A stretch of 62,768 bases of DNA, the filler included, from Asterionella formosa (Eukaryota): the NCBI GenBank assembly GCA_002256025.1. It is 17 parts of 17 records of this genome, joined end to end, with 100 filler letters (N's around TTAATTAATTAA, not from the genome) between each part and the next. Parts side by side here need not be neighbours in the genome. Positions count along the whole stretch, not along the records: positions 23,806 to 44,732 come from NKIB01003199.1; 16 more parts are not named here. The stretch is one strand, 5' to 3'. The translations under genes were made by a program, and so were the position numbers. Each line of letters opens with the position of its first letter. Positions within the stretch are counted from its first letter, which is position 1. A model generated the notes under the pieces. It worked only from the letters and a program-made list of their open reading frames with translations, did no database searches and was not told the origin of the DNA. Of the stretch, positions 23,806 to 36,760 are shown piece by piece.

Positions 23806-24050
23806 TGTGGGGTGCTTGGGGGGCATCATGGGAGGATTCGAACTCCTCCCACCAGTTCACGTGTTCAGGAATGTTTTTGAGGCACCCCGTCATCCAATCA
23901 TGTCCCAGTGTCCGGTGAGGCACCCCGCCCCTCTCACCTGGGCGAGGTAGTGTGAGACTTTCACTCACTAAAAACCTGTGTGCAGCCCCAGTCTTGACCA
24001 GTACGCGGTCTGCCCTACCCGTCGGGGCGTTGGCCCGTGGAAAAATTCTT
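23806..24050 (-). other. GC-rich structured element (candidate non-LTR/SINE end or ncRNA)
   Basis: On the minus strand: hairpin TGGGAGGA-GTTCGAA-TCCTCCCA (23829-23851, T-arm/B-box-like), GGGGTGC...GCACCCC pairing, duplicated GGGGTGCCTCA and a GTGAG...CTCAC stem. It is much more GC-rich than its flanks. Confidence 0.4.
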
Positions 24051-24238
24051 TCAGAATAACAGTCAATTCCTAGTAGTAAATAGCAATCGGGTCCAAATAA
24101 ATGGAAACAGTTAGTACCGGTTATTGTCGTCCGTACAAAAATCATGGACAGAGGAAAAGAAAAGTGATAAAATCATGTAATCATATACCGTATACTGTAA
24201 TAACAATAAAATATCAATCCCTTGTCTTTGATCGCACC

Positions 24239-25210
24239 ATGATGGTGTGGCGAATGCTCACTGGTAAACCCAAAAACAGAGCCCGCGCTCTGCGGCACCA
24301 ACGACAGACCCGCCATTGTGCCACTATTATACTGGTCCTTGTCGTCCTCTTTTCCATCAATCACGTGATCAAGGAACAATCCAACAAACCAATTGGATGT
24401 GGTGTAGTTCAGATTTGGTCTCATCGGGGTCATTTGGATTCATATTCGTCCGAGTCGGCAACTTGGACTTGTGATCATGTCCTAGCATCGCTTCATGAGA
24501 ATGGAATCACTCACATCGATGTCGATGTGATCTACCATGACGGTGTTGCACTGGTAGCGCATCCGGCGGAGATGCAAGAACAACTGGGCAGCTTTTCGCC
24601 GAGTCCGTGTTCGAAACTTCCATTGGGAGACTTTATTGTGCTGCTGAACAAGCACTATGGAAATGATGGATATCTACTCACAATGGAACCTAAATCAGCA
24701 TGGAAGGATGCAGGAGATTTTCTGGCCGCGCCACAAGATGTCATTGCGAGTATTTTGGATGCAATCGACGAACATCCAATTTCTAAAGATCGTTGTGGTA
24801 TCATTTTGGATACATGGCAGGCGGACGATCCTAGAGTGAATCGGCTGTTGAAACGAATTGAAGAGCACTGTCAGTTAGTAACGCCTCTGCGAAGGAGTGA
24901 TGCGCCATTGGAGGCCGACGATGTTCCTCCTGCCAAATTCAGCATCATCATGCCAACAATTGAACTCTTTGGAGGTGAGGATGGCAAGTGGTGGCTCAAG
25001 CAAGCGCAACAAAACAAAGCGAAGGTTGTCGTATGGGTCGTAGATTCTTTAGCTGTGTTGCAAAAAGCTCTACAACTCAAGGGAGTACATGGGGTGATTA
25101 GCAACCATCCAGTCGTGCTGAAGAAAATGTATGACGAAGTGTGTTCAACGTCCTTGTCGAGGCTCCGTGACATGGACAAACGAGATACTGGTATGTTCTC
25201 CATATGGTAA
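24239..25210 (+). CDS. Glycerophosphodiester phosphodiesterase (GDPD/PLC-like), N-terminally membrane-anchored
   Basis: Motifs IWSHRG, IDVDV...DG..LVAH, MEPK, VVVWVVD and GVHGVISNHP, with a TM segment near the N-terminus. Confidence 0.8.
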   Translation: MMVWRMLTGKPKNRARALRHQRQTRHCATIILVLVVLFSINHVIKEQSNKPIGCGVVQIWSHRGHLDSYSSESATWTCDHVLASLHENGITHIDVDVIYHDGVALVAHPAEMQEQLGSFSPSPCSKLPLGDFIVLLNKHYGNDGYLLTMEPKSAWKDAGDFLAAPQDVIASILDAIDEHPISKDRCGIILDTWQADDPRVNRLLKRIEEHCQLVTPLRRSDAPLEADDVPPAKFSIIMPTIELFGGEDGKWWLKQAQQNKAKVVVWVVDSLAVLQKALQLKGVHGVISNHPVVLKKMYDEVCSTSLSRLRDMDKRDTGMFSIW

Positions 25211-26018
25211 TAACTGTATCGAGTTTATACATTATGATGTTCAAAGTCAATTTCTTCGAGAGGCTCTACAGTGGTTGTCACTAAATCACCCTAAAAATAT
25301 AGGGTGCATGCATGGGATTGATTAAACGATTGTATTTTCATTTTAAAAATAACAAACAATCAATACCATGAGGAGAAGCACCTTAATAAGCGGCCTTTGG
25401 TGAGGTGTAAAGCATCAAGCTCACTGTCAATTGAAGCAATTGAATAAGAAAGCGATAGGTTTCAAGTTCCAGGACATACCTACATATGTATTGGTCACAT
25501 GTATCTCCACCATCCTTTGTTTGTTAACCATAGAATGACTCCACCAGAGGGACATTATAATAATCCTTGCTATGTTATACAAACGTGGACCCGAAACAGA
25601 TCTGTTTCTGTTAGTATATATCTGACACCACATACAGGACAATAAATGGTCTGTCCTACCAGACGATGCAAGAAAATCAGGAGATGAGGATGCCACGTTG
25701 GCGTCCCATACGGTAGATGTATGTATTACCGTATATAAACATGGATGATCCTGCATCAGGATTCACAAGGAAGCAAAAGAGGGACTAACGGTACTTTTAA
25801 CGGTACTTATTAGACCACTTTGGTACGTGTCAGGCATACTGCTAACTTGAGTCTACTACCAGGCAGTATTATTTAGATACCGCACTTTCACTGTTTATGT
25901 ATAGTTAGCTAAATGTTTTAAGCTACGTATGTATGTTTAATATACATTGAATGATATTTGAATGTAGACACCAGACTATTTATAAGATGGTTCATCGCTG
26001 ACATTGGAAAGAGAAACC

Positions 26019-27929
26019 ATGGGAATCTGTGCTTCGAGGAAAGATACCACGCCCATCACGGGCACATTAAATACCAACATGGTGCATGAGCGTCATGGAG
26101 ATGTATTCAAAAAGTACGAAGTTGTGCATACGATTGGCGAAGGCAGTATTGGGGCCATTAGCAAGGCTCGCATCAGAGACAAAATGAAGGGAGGATCTGC
26201 CTACCATCCAGAACCTCAGAATCTGATACAACAATGGATCCCGCACAAAGACCACAAGGGGACTTTGCCGAAGAGCCAGCAACGTTCTGTGGATGTCTAC
26301 TATGCACTCAAGACTATTCAACTATCGAGAATTACCCCGGAGTACATTGACGAGTTGCGAAACGAAATTTGTATTTTGAAATCATTGGATCATCCTAACA
26401 TTGTCAAGGCCTATGAAGTCTTTGAAAAGAAGTCACAAATCTACATTGTTATGGAACTATGCAGTGGCGGGTAAGTCCAGCCCGGATCGTTGCCGCTACT
26501 TCGTGTATCGTCAAATTTGTTACCAACCATTCTTTCATTCCATCTTCACAGTGATCTATACAAACGTTTGCCGTATTCAGAAAGGGATGCAGCGAAAATA
26601 AGCGGTAAATTAATCAGTGCCATCAAGTATATGCATGATAATAACATTGTTCATCGAGACTTGAAATTTGAGAACATTGTAAGTACTGTGACTATCGGCA
26701 CATGTGGAGACACCGATGCATCCATTGCATCGCTTTTCTCACATTAAAAGTCTAATTATTATTAGATGTTCGAAAACAACAGTCCCGACGCGGAAATCAA
26801 AGTGATAGATTTTGGATTATCAACCAAGTTCTTGCCTGAAGACCGATTTATGACAGAAGGAGTTGGAACCATATACACCATGGCACCACAAGTTCTCCAG
26901 GGTGTGTACACCTCACAAGCAGATCTTTGGTCGTGTGGTGTTATTTCATTTATGCTTCTCTCTTCGCAGAAGCCATTTTATCACAAGTTACGTCGTCGCG
27001 CTATTGACAAGATTATGCGAGCCGAATATTCCTTCGATACCTTTGCGTGGGACTTGATTTCGAACGAGGCCAAGGACTTTGTATCGAAGCTCTTGTTGCT
27101 GGATCCAATGAAAAGAATGACAGCGACTGAAGCATTGAAACACCATTGGCTCCACCAAAAGTTCATTTTAAATGATAAAAAGCCACCAGATGATATTATG
27201 GATGATGTCAAAGAGAATTTGTTGGCATACAAGTACACTTCTGACTTGAAGAAAGTAGCCTTGAATGTGATTGCTCACAAGTCAACAACGGATGAAATTT
27301 TTCAGTTGCGGAATGCATTTGACGAGTACGACAAATCAAAAGACGGAATTATTACTTTTGACGAGTTCAAAGCTGGCCTTAAATCATGCAACATTTCTGA
27401 CGACGACATGGAAGATATCTTTGAAAGCATAGATGTGAACCAAACCGGATACATTGTATACACGGAGTTTTTGGCGGCCACACTTGAGGTTAAAGGTCGT
27501 ATTGAGGAAGAGCGAATCGCCGAGGCGTTTGAGCGCATTGATTCTGATGACAATGGTTTCATTTCAAAAGAAAACTTAGCGCGGCTTCTTGGTAAGGATT
27601 GCACCCCAGAACGAGTTGATCGCCTCATCAAGGAGGCTGACGCGGACAAAGATGGCCAGAGTAAGATACCAACTGCTTCCATAGTTATTGTGTTTATAAG
27701 TCGCAAAATTGTCTGTTCGCCAAGTTTCTCAACTCTCGTCCCCATTTCTTGATTCATAGTCTCATTCCAGGAGTTTCTTAATCACTTTCGAAAAGATACA
27801 ACTATGTTGGCCCGAAGTACACAAAATCTAAATGCGAATGAAAGATGGGATAATGACAAGCAGCTGCTTGGGCTCGACGCAATCATTCCAGGTGGAAAGT
27901 ACGACTCAGAGCGGTCTGGGATCCAGTAG
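26019..27929 (+). CDS. Calcium-dependent protein kinase (CDPK); exons 26019-26470, 26552-26678, 26766-27660, 27760-27929
   Basis: MGICAS acylation-type start, GEGSIG, ALK, HRDLKFEN, DFG, an autoinhibitory junction and four EF-hands. Three GT-AG introns splice in frame. Confidence 0.95.
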
Positions 27930-29959
27930 CACTCAGACTTTCTTTTGAATTTTCTTCACTTGTGATCGTGAGTTAACTCGTTTTCTAGGTTCGGTCAGTA
28001 ATATCGATCCATTGTAGACAATTGTTGTAGCCTACTATTTCTGAGAATAGCTTGTAGTCTACTATGTATGGGGATGATGTATACATGAGCCTGTTCTGCC
28101 AAGGTTTTGCACACCGGTGCTTGTAGTTTCGGTTGAGTATTGTGCTGTCAAGAATATTAGCTCGAGTCACAAGGATTGTGGACTCGATTGTAATCCAATG
28201 AGTCGAATATTGCATTGCCATGTCAATCAGCTACCTAATGAGATCAAAGATTGAAGATTTTTATGGAAATGTAAAGTGGAAATTCGAATACATTCTTAGA
28301 ACGACTTTGCGGGAAGCAAAGATGCATGGAAAGGAAACATTTAGTTTAGCTTATAATTTAATTTGAGTTTAGATTATCAATTGAGGAAACAGTATGTAAT
28401 TGACAGGAAGGTCAATTATTTTATCTAGCAGGAAGGCTAGAAACAGACTTGGTAAGTGAAGAGAGACCCAGCCCGTGGGAAGGAAGGAGTATGGACCTTT
28501 TCAACATTGTGCTGGCTGGATGCAATTTTTTGGACCACCAGGTATTTGGTACTAGCTATATGCATACCGGTTGTAGCTAGTTGGCTTAGTACTCCAGTTA
28601 AACTAGTATATAGCAACATGTCAGAATGCTTGATTTTTCCTTGCTCACCATGTTGTTCACATTCTTTTGCCTTTCTCAACAACTGATTGATCTTCCATGC
28701 CGCTTCGACTGGAAACTCCATTAAAGTCACTGGCATGAGTTTAAACTGGAAACTCCTATTAAAGTCACTGGTATGCGTTAAAAGCACTTGACGCAGCATG
28801 GAAGTTAACAAAATGCGCTCATATTGAGCTATAGTTATTTTAGCATTGGAAGATCGTCTTCTCCACATCCATTAGATGCATTTTGACAAGGTGTTGGATT
28901 ATATCAACTCCAAATTCAGGCTTGGGGATGACCTTCATCTAAACAAAGCTTCAACGAGGATGTGGATCATCAACAAGTATTTGATGACATGTCGTTGTCA
29001 AGAAATACAGGCCAGATTTCCTGTAGGATACTAACATCATCGCTCCATCTTTTTGCCATGAACACAAGATTGGGAAAGATCAGCAAAACCAGTAGTTCCA
29101 GGCAACCGTAAAAACACTTGCTCCAATTTTCCCTTCCACCAGTGGTACAGCAGCATGGGATTAGACTTGTCTCGTTTTTTGCTTTCTTTCCTCCTTGATT
29201 TGACTTCGATGCTGAGTCCCCATGCATTTTTCCATTTGTAAATATGTTTCATTGCCTTTGTCATACTATCAATGAGAAGCAATTAAATTTTAAATAATTT
29301 TTTTGCATACACCACAACAACTTACAGTGGTTCCATTCTATCTCCACTTACCACAAATCAAAAAGATTGACGCAAATTTCTGTAAATAATGTGTTAGTTG
29401 ATTATTGCATAAGTAAAGATCGATAAATAGTTCCAACGCTGTTGCTTAGCTATAACTTACGAATTCTGTTTGTTTACCTATATCCTGAAAGAAGCAACAA
29501 CACAGATTTGTCAGTGATTTTCTAGCGGTTGTGAATTGATCCAACAAGAGCACTTAATAATTTTCTTTTGTCCACCACCTTGGTGGTTTCCCACCACCAA
29601 ATTCAAAATAAGCTGTTGAACCACTTGAGAAGAAAGCAATCATTCCGTCTTTGTCATCTTTACAACAATTGATCATCCTGGCATTTACCCTGCCTAGTAG
29701 ACATACGATAGCTATATTCCTTTCACTTTTTGTTGATCTGTGTGTATTCTTTATCAAGCAGGAAGAACAACAAAACAATGAACTAATCCTAATAATTGCT
29801 ACACATGTCAATGATTGGTGCTGCTGTGGCTGTAATTGCCAAACAATATTAAATGGTTCAAAAGTGAAATCAAGAAACATTGTTTCACAATCAAGGAGCT
29901 GGGCCATTTGAAGAAATATTTGGGAGCAGTGTGGTACAATTGGGGACAGGAGGATAATG

Positions 29960-30630
29960 AGAGGGACGCTTTCTGGAGTCAAGCATGGAGCATTTTGTGA
30001 ATGTTACACTCCAACATTATCATGATAATATTTTTGGAATGTATCCAAGAGATGCATCAACTCCAGCATTGCCAGGAATTGTTCTCAGAAAGAATTCAGA
30101 TAAAGTGACTTCTTCCCATAAAGAATATTGTTCTAAGGCTGGAAAATTGTTTTATTTTGTGAAGGAAGTTGGACCAGTATGCACAAATGCATGTCAGGAA
30201 GTTTCCCAACATTTAGAGAATCTAGGAGAGGCCCATTGGAGTGCTGTTGAACAATTGTTAGGGTTCATTGCAAACTGATGAAAGAAACAGCAAATTTAAA
30301 AATGAGACCACCACATGAATTACGAGTTCAAGACATGGTAGACAGCAGCTCATTTGGGACAATCCAGAAATCGACAAGTGGAGCATACATGGGTACCATT
30401 GGTGGTGCATCAATTGTGAATTGGATTTCGAAATGAGAAAAGATTGTTATTGTCTGCAGCACTTAAGCCGAGTACCAGTATGTGGCCTTATCAGATGGAT
30501 CAAAGGAAACTGCTTTTATAATTAATCTACCTGCACTTGAAGAAGTTGAATACGTGGAAATGCCCAGTATCATTGGAGAAGACAATACAGATGCATCTTT
30601 TTATCGAAGACCCAATAATTTTCTGGACAT
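29960..30630 (+). mobile_element. Degenerate Ty1/copia RT-RNase H remnant
   Basis: STPALPG...GKLFYFVK...SQHLENLGEAHWSAVEQLLGF, then VDSS, GTIGGASIVNWIS, ST*AEY..VALS and GEDNT, with many stops and frameshifts. Confidence 0.85.
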
Positions 30631-30675
30631 TGAACAAATATGTTGAAAGTTCCTCATGTATTTCTATCGTGCACA

Positions 30676-31047
30676 GACCTCACTCTTTTTTTCCAAATGC
30701 GAAATTCTACCGCGCGTGCTTCTGCGAAGTTCGCATACTTCTTGAAAAGTACGCTCGACTAAAGAGCCATCATTTCGTCAACGCGAATTTGAGCTCTGAT
30801 AAGGCATTAAACATCCAGGGGCAATATGGATATTGCTTCCAATACAGGGCAGAAATCGAATACCTTGTACTTGGTAGTATCACACTGAGAGAGTTCGAAG
30901 GAAGAAACAAAGACCTTAAAAGACCTCAAAAGAATGAGAAAAACCCGGTCATACGACGTCTTTTCTTCGGTCTTTTTAATTTTTCTGCGTTCTTTTGCGA
31001 ACTTCGCGTTCTTTTGCATTCTATTAGGAAAACGTGATACGAGGTCG
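30676..31047. mobile_element. Possible MITE-like element with imperfect inverted ends
   Basis: gacctc...aatgcgaaa...gcgaagttcgca (30676-30735) faces tgcgaacttcgc...ttttgcatt...gaggtc (about 30996-31047). Confidence 0.35.
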
Positions 31048-31982
31048 ATTGTAGATGAAACACATTTTTTGGACTTGACCACTTCTCGTACTTCGTCGTT
31101 TCCGTCAACCCCCTCGTGGCATGCTTTGCAGACATACGCACTTCTGAAACATTTAACAGCAAGTTTAACGGTATTTCATGGTGCCTCGTAAACTGGTAAC
31201 CCTGGAACAGCATGGGACAACATGCACCAACAATCCTAAAATACATACGACCTTTCAGTGGACACTTAAGCCCCATTTGTAACCGTACCGTATGCAGCAC
31301 TAACAGTAACAAAGACCTCGTTGACCAATTTTGTCCAACATCCCAGGAACTGGTTAAGAAATTTCACAGCTCGACATGATTCAATCATCGCCCCTGCAGC
31401 AATCTATTGCCCTGTACCAAGCACTGGTCAAAAAGAATGAAAAGCAAAGTTGGAAAATTCTTTACAGGACTCCATCCGAGACCCCCACGTAATGAAAGGA
31501 CCATACATTGTGAATCAAAAGCGCGGAAGCAGAGATGGAAGGCACCAAATCTTTCTTTAAGTACCGTTTATATTTTCTATGCAGCAAGAAAGATAACTAC
31601 CAGTAAACTGGTACCGGCTGTGCCGATCGCCCTCGTTGTCATCGCGCTGTACAGCAGTTAAATAATTTTTCATGTACTGCAGTCGACATGATTTAATTCC
31701 GCAGCATCAAGGTCCATCATACATTACATTTTTTGTATCGCTCTATGTAAGCTATAGTCCCCCTTTTCGCGCAATACACGAAGTTAGGGCAATAATATTG
31801 CCTATGTGCGCGCGCTGAATATTTTTGTGAATCGCCCGGGGTAGCACTTTAATAAACCGGTAGCGGTTTTCAATACACCACACTTGAGTCATTCTCTCCG
31901 CCGTCGCCGAGGCCTTTCTGTCAACACACTTGGAGTGCAGCTTTCCAAGCCCTCACTCACTGCACACATAGAAAATCCCTCA

Positions 31983-34900
31983 ATGGCGTCATCCAGTTAC
32001 ACAAATATGGTTCGCGTCAAGTCTTGGTCAGGGAAGTCGTCCAAAGCAAGCGACTCTGTCATTCCCGCCCTCCCCTCTGCACCTCAGCAGGCGGCTCACG
32101 GATTGAAGAAACGAGACATTGAGTTTATGAGTCATGCCATTACAGTTCTGAACAAAATGTCGGAATTTGGGAATTCGATTTTGTACGTCGCCAAGGACGA
32201 CAATGTTGCAGTGTCGCGCAAGAGCTGGCGAGGGACGCCAGTGGGCGAACGCCACTTACTAATCAAGGCAACGACAGCCTCGGCGAAAGAAGAAATACGA
32301 CGAGCAGAAACAGAAGTTAAACTACTAAGGAAGTTTAGACACAATCCTTGCATCCTCAAGTTGATTGACTGTGGTTTCTCCACCTTGGACGACGATGATG
32401 ATGGCGACCAACAATCCAGCGTATCGACTGTAATTCATAAGCGCCTCTATTGCATGCTCTTTGAGCCATGTCCGGATTACACACTGTCCGTATTGATCGA
32501 AAGGCAGAGGCGGAAACGAAGACAAGCTCGGCCAAGAGGCTTGCTAGGAAAGCTGGGTCGAAAATCAGATACCCAAGGATACATGCATGTTGCTACTGTG
32601 ATTGATGTATTCAGTCAAATGTGCGAAGCGATCATGGTGCTCCATTCATACAAGAAATTTGATCCAAGAAATTCCACAAATTCAAGCCAAGAAGAATCGA
32701 AGCAGCATGGAATTGTTCATTTTGATATTAATCCGGGAAGATTTTTGGTACGGAAGTTGACCTCGTCGTCAACGAACGCTAGGGGAATGAAAGTACATTC
32801 AACTTACGAAGTTAAATTATGCAGTTTTGGATGTGCCATTGAGGGGTCTCTGACAATAGGAAACGATGCGGAGCGGGAATTGGCATTGCAAATGTTGGGA
32901 TCGATGACAACAGATATCTATAGAGCACCCGAGATGGTTAACTTTGAACTCTGTCGAAATCAAACTCTGACAGATCGGTAAGTCGTCGCCGATTATTTTC
33001 TGGATCTATGTACAATTTTCTGTCTCTCGTCAGAATAAAACATATACTCACCCCGTCCTTGTTTAAAATTTTATTTCATGTAAGGTGCGATATTTGGAGT
33101 CTGGGTTGCTGCTTCTACGCCATGTTATTTTTGAGGGACTGTTTCAAGGATAGCAGTCACATTGCAATCATGAATGGCAAATACATCATTCCTCAAGGGC
33201 ATCCTTTCGATTTCAGATTTATTGATTTACTGGATCGCATGCTAACAGTTGCGCCTGAGGCTCGAGCAGATATTACAGAGGTTATAGCGTGCCTCGATGC
33301 GATACAGGAAGGAACGCCATTTCCTGTCCGGCGAATACTGACGATGCAAATGACGGGAACAGCCCGAGTCTCAGGTGGGTCAAAGGAATTCAGTCGCGTC
33401 CCAATGACAATCGACGTCGATTCTAGAAGTGCCCTTGAGTATCAAGAAGGTTTAGACCGAGATACAACAATATCAAGCTCCTTTGCTGGATCTTCAGCTG
33501 CAGAGAGCAGTTCCGCTGCAGATAGCAGTGAAATGGGAGGTTCTCTGCAAGATTCTTCTAACAAAGATGATATTGCAAGCACAGATGATGACGCTCAGTG
33601 GCTGGAATTTCAACCGGGACAACCTAACAATACTGCTCGTCTTAAAAGTGGGACTTTTGAGACCGCAACTAAACCGAAAAGAAGACAGAATTCAAAGGGG
33701 GACCCATTGAGCCTAGGAGTGACGGGGGGCAACAGACGAAAGAAACGTGAAACTGACAAAAGCAAAACTGATTGGGATATGGGAGTCTTCAATCGGATAT
33801 CAACCAAAAGTCTCAATCCAATCGAGCAAGAAAGCGACGATGACGATCAGGCCGACGAGAATGGGTTTATTGTAGTGAAGGTCCCTTCGAATAGAACTAT
33901 TAATCACAAGCCGACGTCGACAAATAGATCAGACAGAAGCATATCACCTGCAGCAGCAGTCCTTCTTGGGGCCCAGTCACATAACCAAGAAGGTTCGCAC
34001 TTGAAATCATCGGAAACTTTTACGAAAGATCGTGCATCCTCGCCCACCACGGTTGGTTATAATGGTGACAAGTCCTCGTGGGACATGGACGTGACTGCTT
34101 GGGGCGTGGACTCATCGGTACAACACGAATCAGCCAACTTCTCTAGTTCAGATACGAATGATAACGTTTTGCCCTGTTCAGATCTCGGGATAGCTCCGAC
34201 GCTCCTACCTTTGCCTGGCGACTCACCAGATTCCGTGTTAGTGCCAACGTCGTTGTTACGCCAAACTCTTCCCTCTGAGCTTGACACTATTGCACCCATC
34301 CAAGTCCCATCCCTTCAAAGTCTTGATTCAAGTATCCCCTTCTTCGACTCAAACGAGCTTGACGGAAATGACAGTAATTGTGTCATCTCGAAATCAGCAT
34401 CTAAGAACGGGAAGTATACAAACGATGAGCCCTCATCTATTTCGTCAATTTTGAACCAGGCTTCGTTAAACAGGATCAATGGAGAGCGCCATTGTTCAAA
34501 ACTTGAGCTCCATGCGCTGGAAAATAACCATGTCAATGATTCAAACCAGGATATTGATATTCCGCTTCCTGAAGATTTTCCACTCGTTACAAGTGATGGT
34601 AGCAACAGTCCATTAGTGCAAGGCGATAACGAAGCTGTGGATCAAATCAATCCTGATATGCTCAGTTATACCTCAGGAACAGATCAAGGACTAGCGAAAG
34701 TATCGAATTCCTCCCTGAGTAAACTGAAGTCCGAAAAGGTTGATATTATGTCCGAAAAGAAACGAAGCTTGTTACCTCAAATTAAAACGACGGAGATTTT
34801 GGGACAGACGCCCAATACCAGCGATTGTCCAGAGGAAAATCAGATCACAGTTAGTATGAACATAAATACTGATGGGGAGGCCAGTGATGGATCAAAATCT

Positions 34901-36487
34901 ACATGGGATGATTTCTTTGGTGGAGGAATGGACGATTCTTTTGACGCAAGCAAAGACACCTCGAATGAGCTTTCACGGTTCTCCGTCAAGCATGAGACAA
35001 AAAGCACTGATACCCAGGAACTAGGAGGAAGATTTGACGAGCTTAATATGGGATTACTTAGTCAACGGGTGGAACGTCAATGCTCAGTGAGAGAACCAGA
35101 ATCAAAAATTTCTACAATCATGTCGAAAAATGTGATGGATGGAGTGGTTGATGAAGCCGAGAGGATCAAAGTTGGTCATAGCCGAAAGTCTGACATTAAG
35201 CCGATTCCAATGGACACCAATAACGAGCCGATTGACCTATTGGAAATAAAAAAGTGGGTAAAGGACACAACAGGAAAGTCAACCTATGGAAGTGACAGCA
35301 AGGGGGAGCGACCACCTGAATTGACACCTGTTGAAGAGCCCACATTTAAAATGGATTCCTTTCTATGCGACACATCCCATTTCCCTGCATCCGGGATTAA
35401 AGGGTCTCTTGATAGTTTTCTTGAACGCGAGAACGCCCTTGCTGAATATCAGGAATTAGTGCGATACACAACTGGAAAGAAAGAGCCCGTGATGGAATGC
35501 AAAGTAAGCGTTGGGAATAATGAAAATAAGGAGTTGGTTGTTCACACTGACGCTCAGAGGAGATACCCGAGTGCCTCGGGAGCTCCTCTATTTTTGCCGA
35601 AGCACGAGAAACCAAAGGCAGGAAATGAAGCGCGGGCGAACTTCGCTGCGAACGACTTGATGCGGTTCAAGAATGGACTACAAAGCGCTTCGCATCGTTT
35701 AGTACATTCTGACATTGGTCAAGTGCTCATACCTACGGAGGAGGAACACGATATAGAACCACAGCAACGAGGAATAGCAGAAGCACTGGAACCTAGCACC
35801 TATCCTTACCCAATAGTGACAGACGCAACTGCAAAATGGGTCTTCACCGTGGAAAGAGTGGATTCAATTGTCACTGTTGATTCAAATTTGCCACCAGCTG
35901 AGGAAGCTTGCGTCGCGGAAGTTTCTCGTCCTACCGACTCGGAAATTGCCAGAGTACCCAGAGTTATTGACACATTTCCAACGGCTCTAGACTTAGTCAG
36001 TGCCCCCCAGTCTGAGTTTTCGAAGAGTGAAAGGCTCGCTCGCAGGCGATTCGAACTATCCAAGAATCGAATGACTGATGACCAACCTTTCCCAAAACTC
36101 TTTGCTCCCCGGAACTCCAGCCCTACTGCCAAAGCGGCGCAACGATTCGACGACCATCTTTTGGGACCCGAACCTTATTACTCTGATGATTCTGATTATA
36201 TGAACGATATCCCTTTTGAGATTGAAATAATTCCGGATAACGCATTGTCATCAGTATCCAGGAGTCATGATTCCAGGAGCCCGAAAGCCAAGAAGAAAAA
36301 ATCCAAAGGAAAGAAAGTCAAGCGAAAAGGTTCGAAGGATCCCAGCACATTTATAGACAATGATTATTTCTTGAATGATCCTGTTATGCATGATCGAGTC
36401 AACCCTGGTCATGATGATGTCAGTACGCCGCAGAGTCCAAAGCCAAAGCATCACTCCATTCACTCGCGAACAGCACGCAGAAAGTAA
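31983..36487 (+). CDS. NAK/AAK1-like kinase-fold protein (probable pseudokinase) with a disordered tail of about 1,000 aa; exons 31983-32977, 33085-36487
   Basis: Motifs LLIK, HFDINPGRFL, LCSFG, TTDIYRAPEMV and CDIWSLGCCFY; the intron 32978-33084 splices in frame. The terminal TAA lies inside a GTAAG donor-like site, so a further exon is possible. Confidence 0.85.
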
Positions 36488-36760
36488 GGTAATAGACTGC
36501 TGCTACTATACCATCTCATTTGACCTGACCAAGCACCTATTGGGTACAAGTTCATGTTGAAGCGATTTTTTGGCTTTCGGTAGATTGTTATTGCGACTAT
36601 GAACTTTTTGTACAGGAATACAGAATTCTTCACGCTTATTCAAGGATTCTGATCAGTGCACCATTGCCCTGCCTTGACCTATTAAGAGAAAATGGACAGG
36701 ACAGCTGGTATTATTAAGTATCAAGAAATGTAGCAGATTTTGTTTCCCAAGTATAAAAGG

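Noticed and set aside
23806..23880. Canonical tRNA gene
   Set aside because: Only a T-arm-like hairpin is present; no D-arm or anticodon arm with correct spacing could be built.
10995..25210. Phosphate-stress gene cluster (PhnP-like, SQD2-like, GDPD)
   Set aside because: GDPD is on a different contig; only PhnP-like and SQD2-like are truly adjacent.
28708..28775. About 38-bp tandem duplication (and a 23-bp duplication at about 59852-59900)
   Set aside because: Two-copy local slippage in non-coding or decayed DNA with no further structure.
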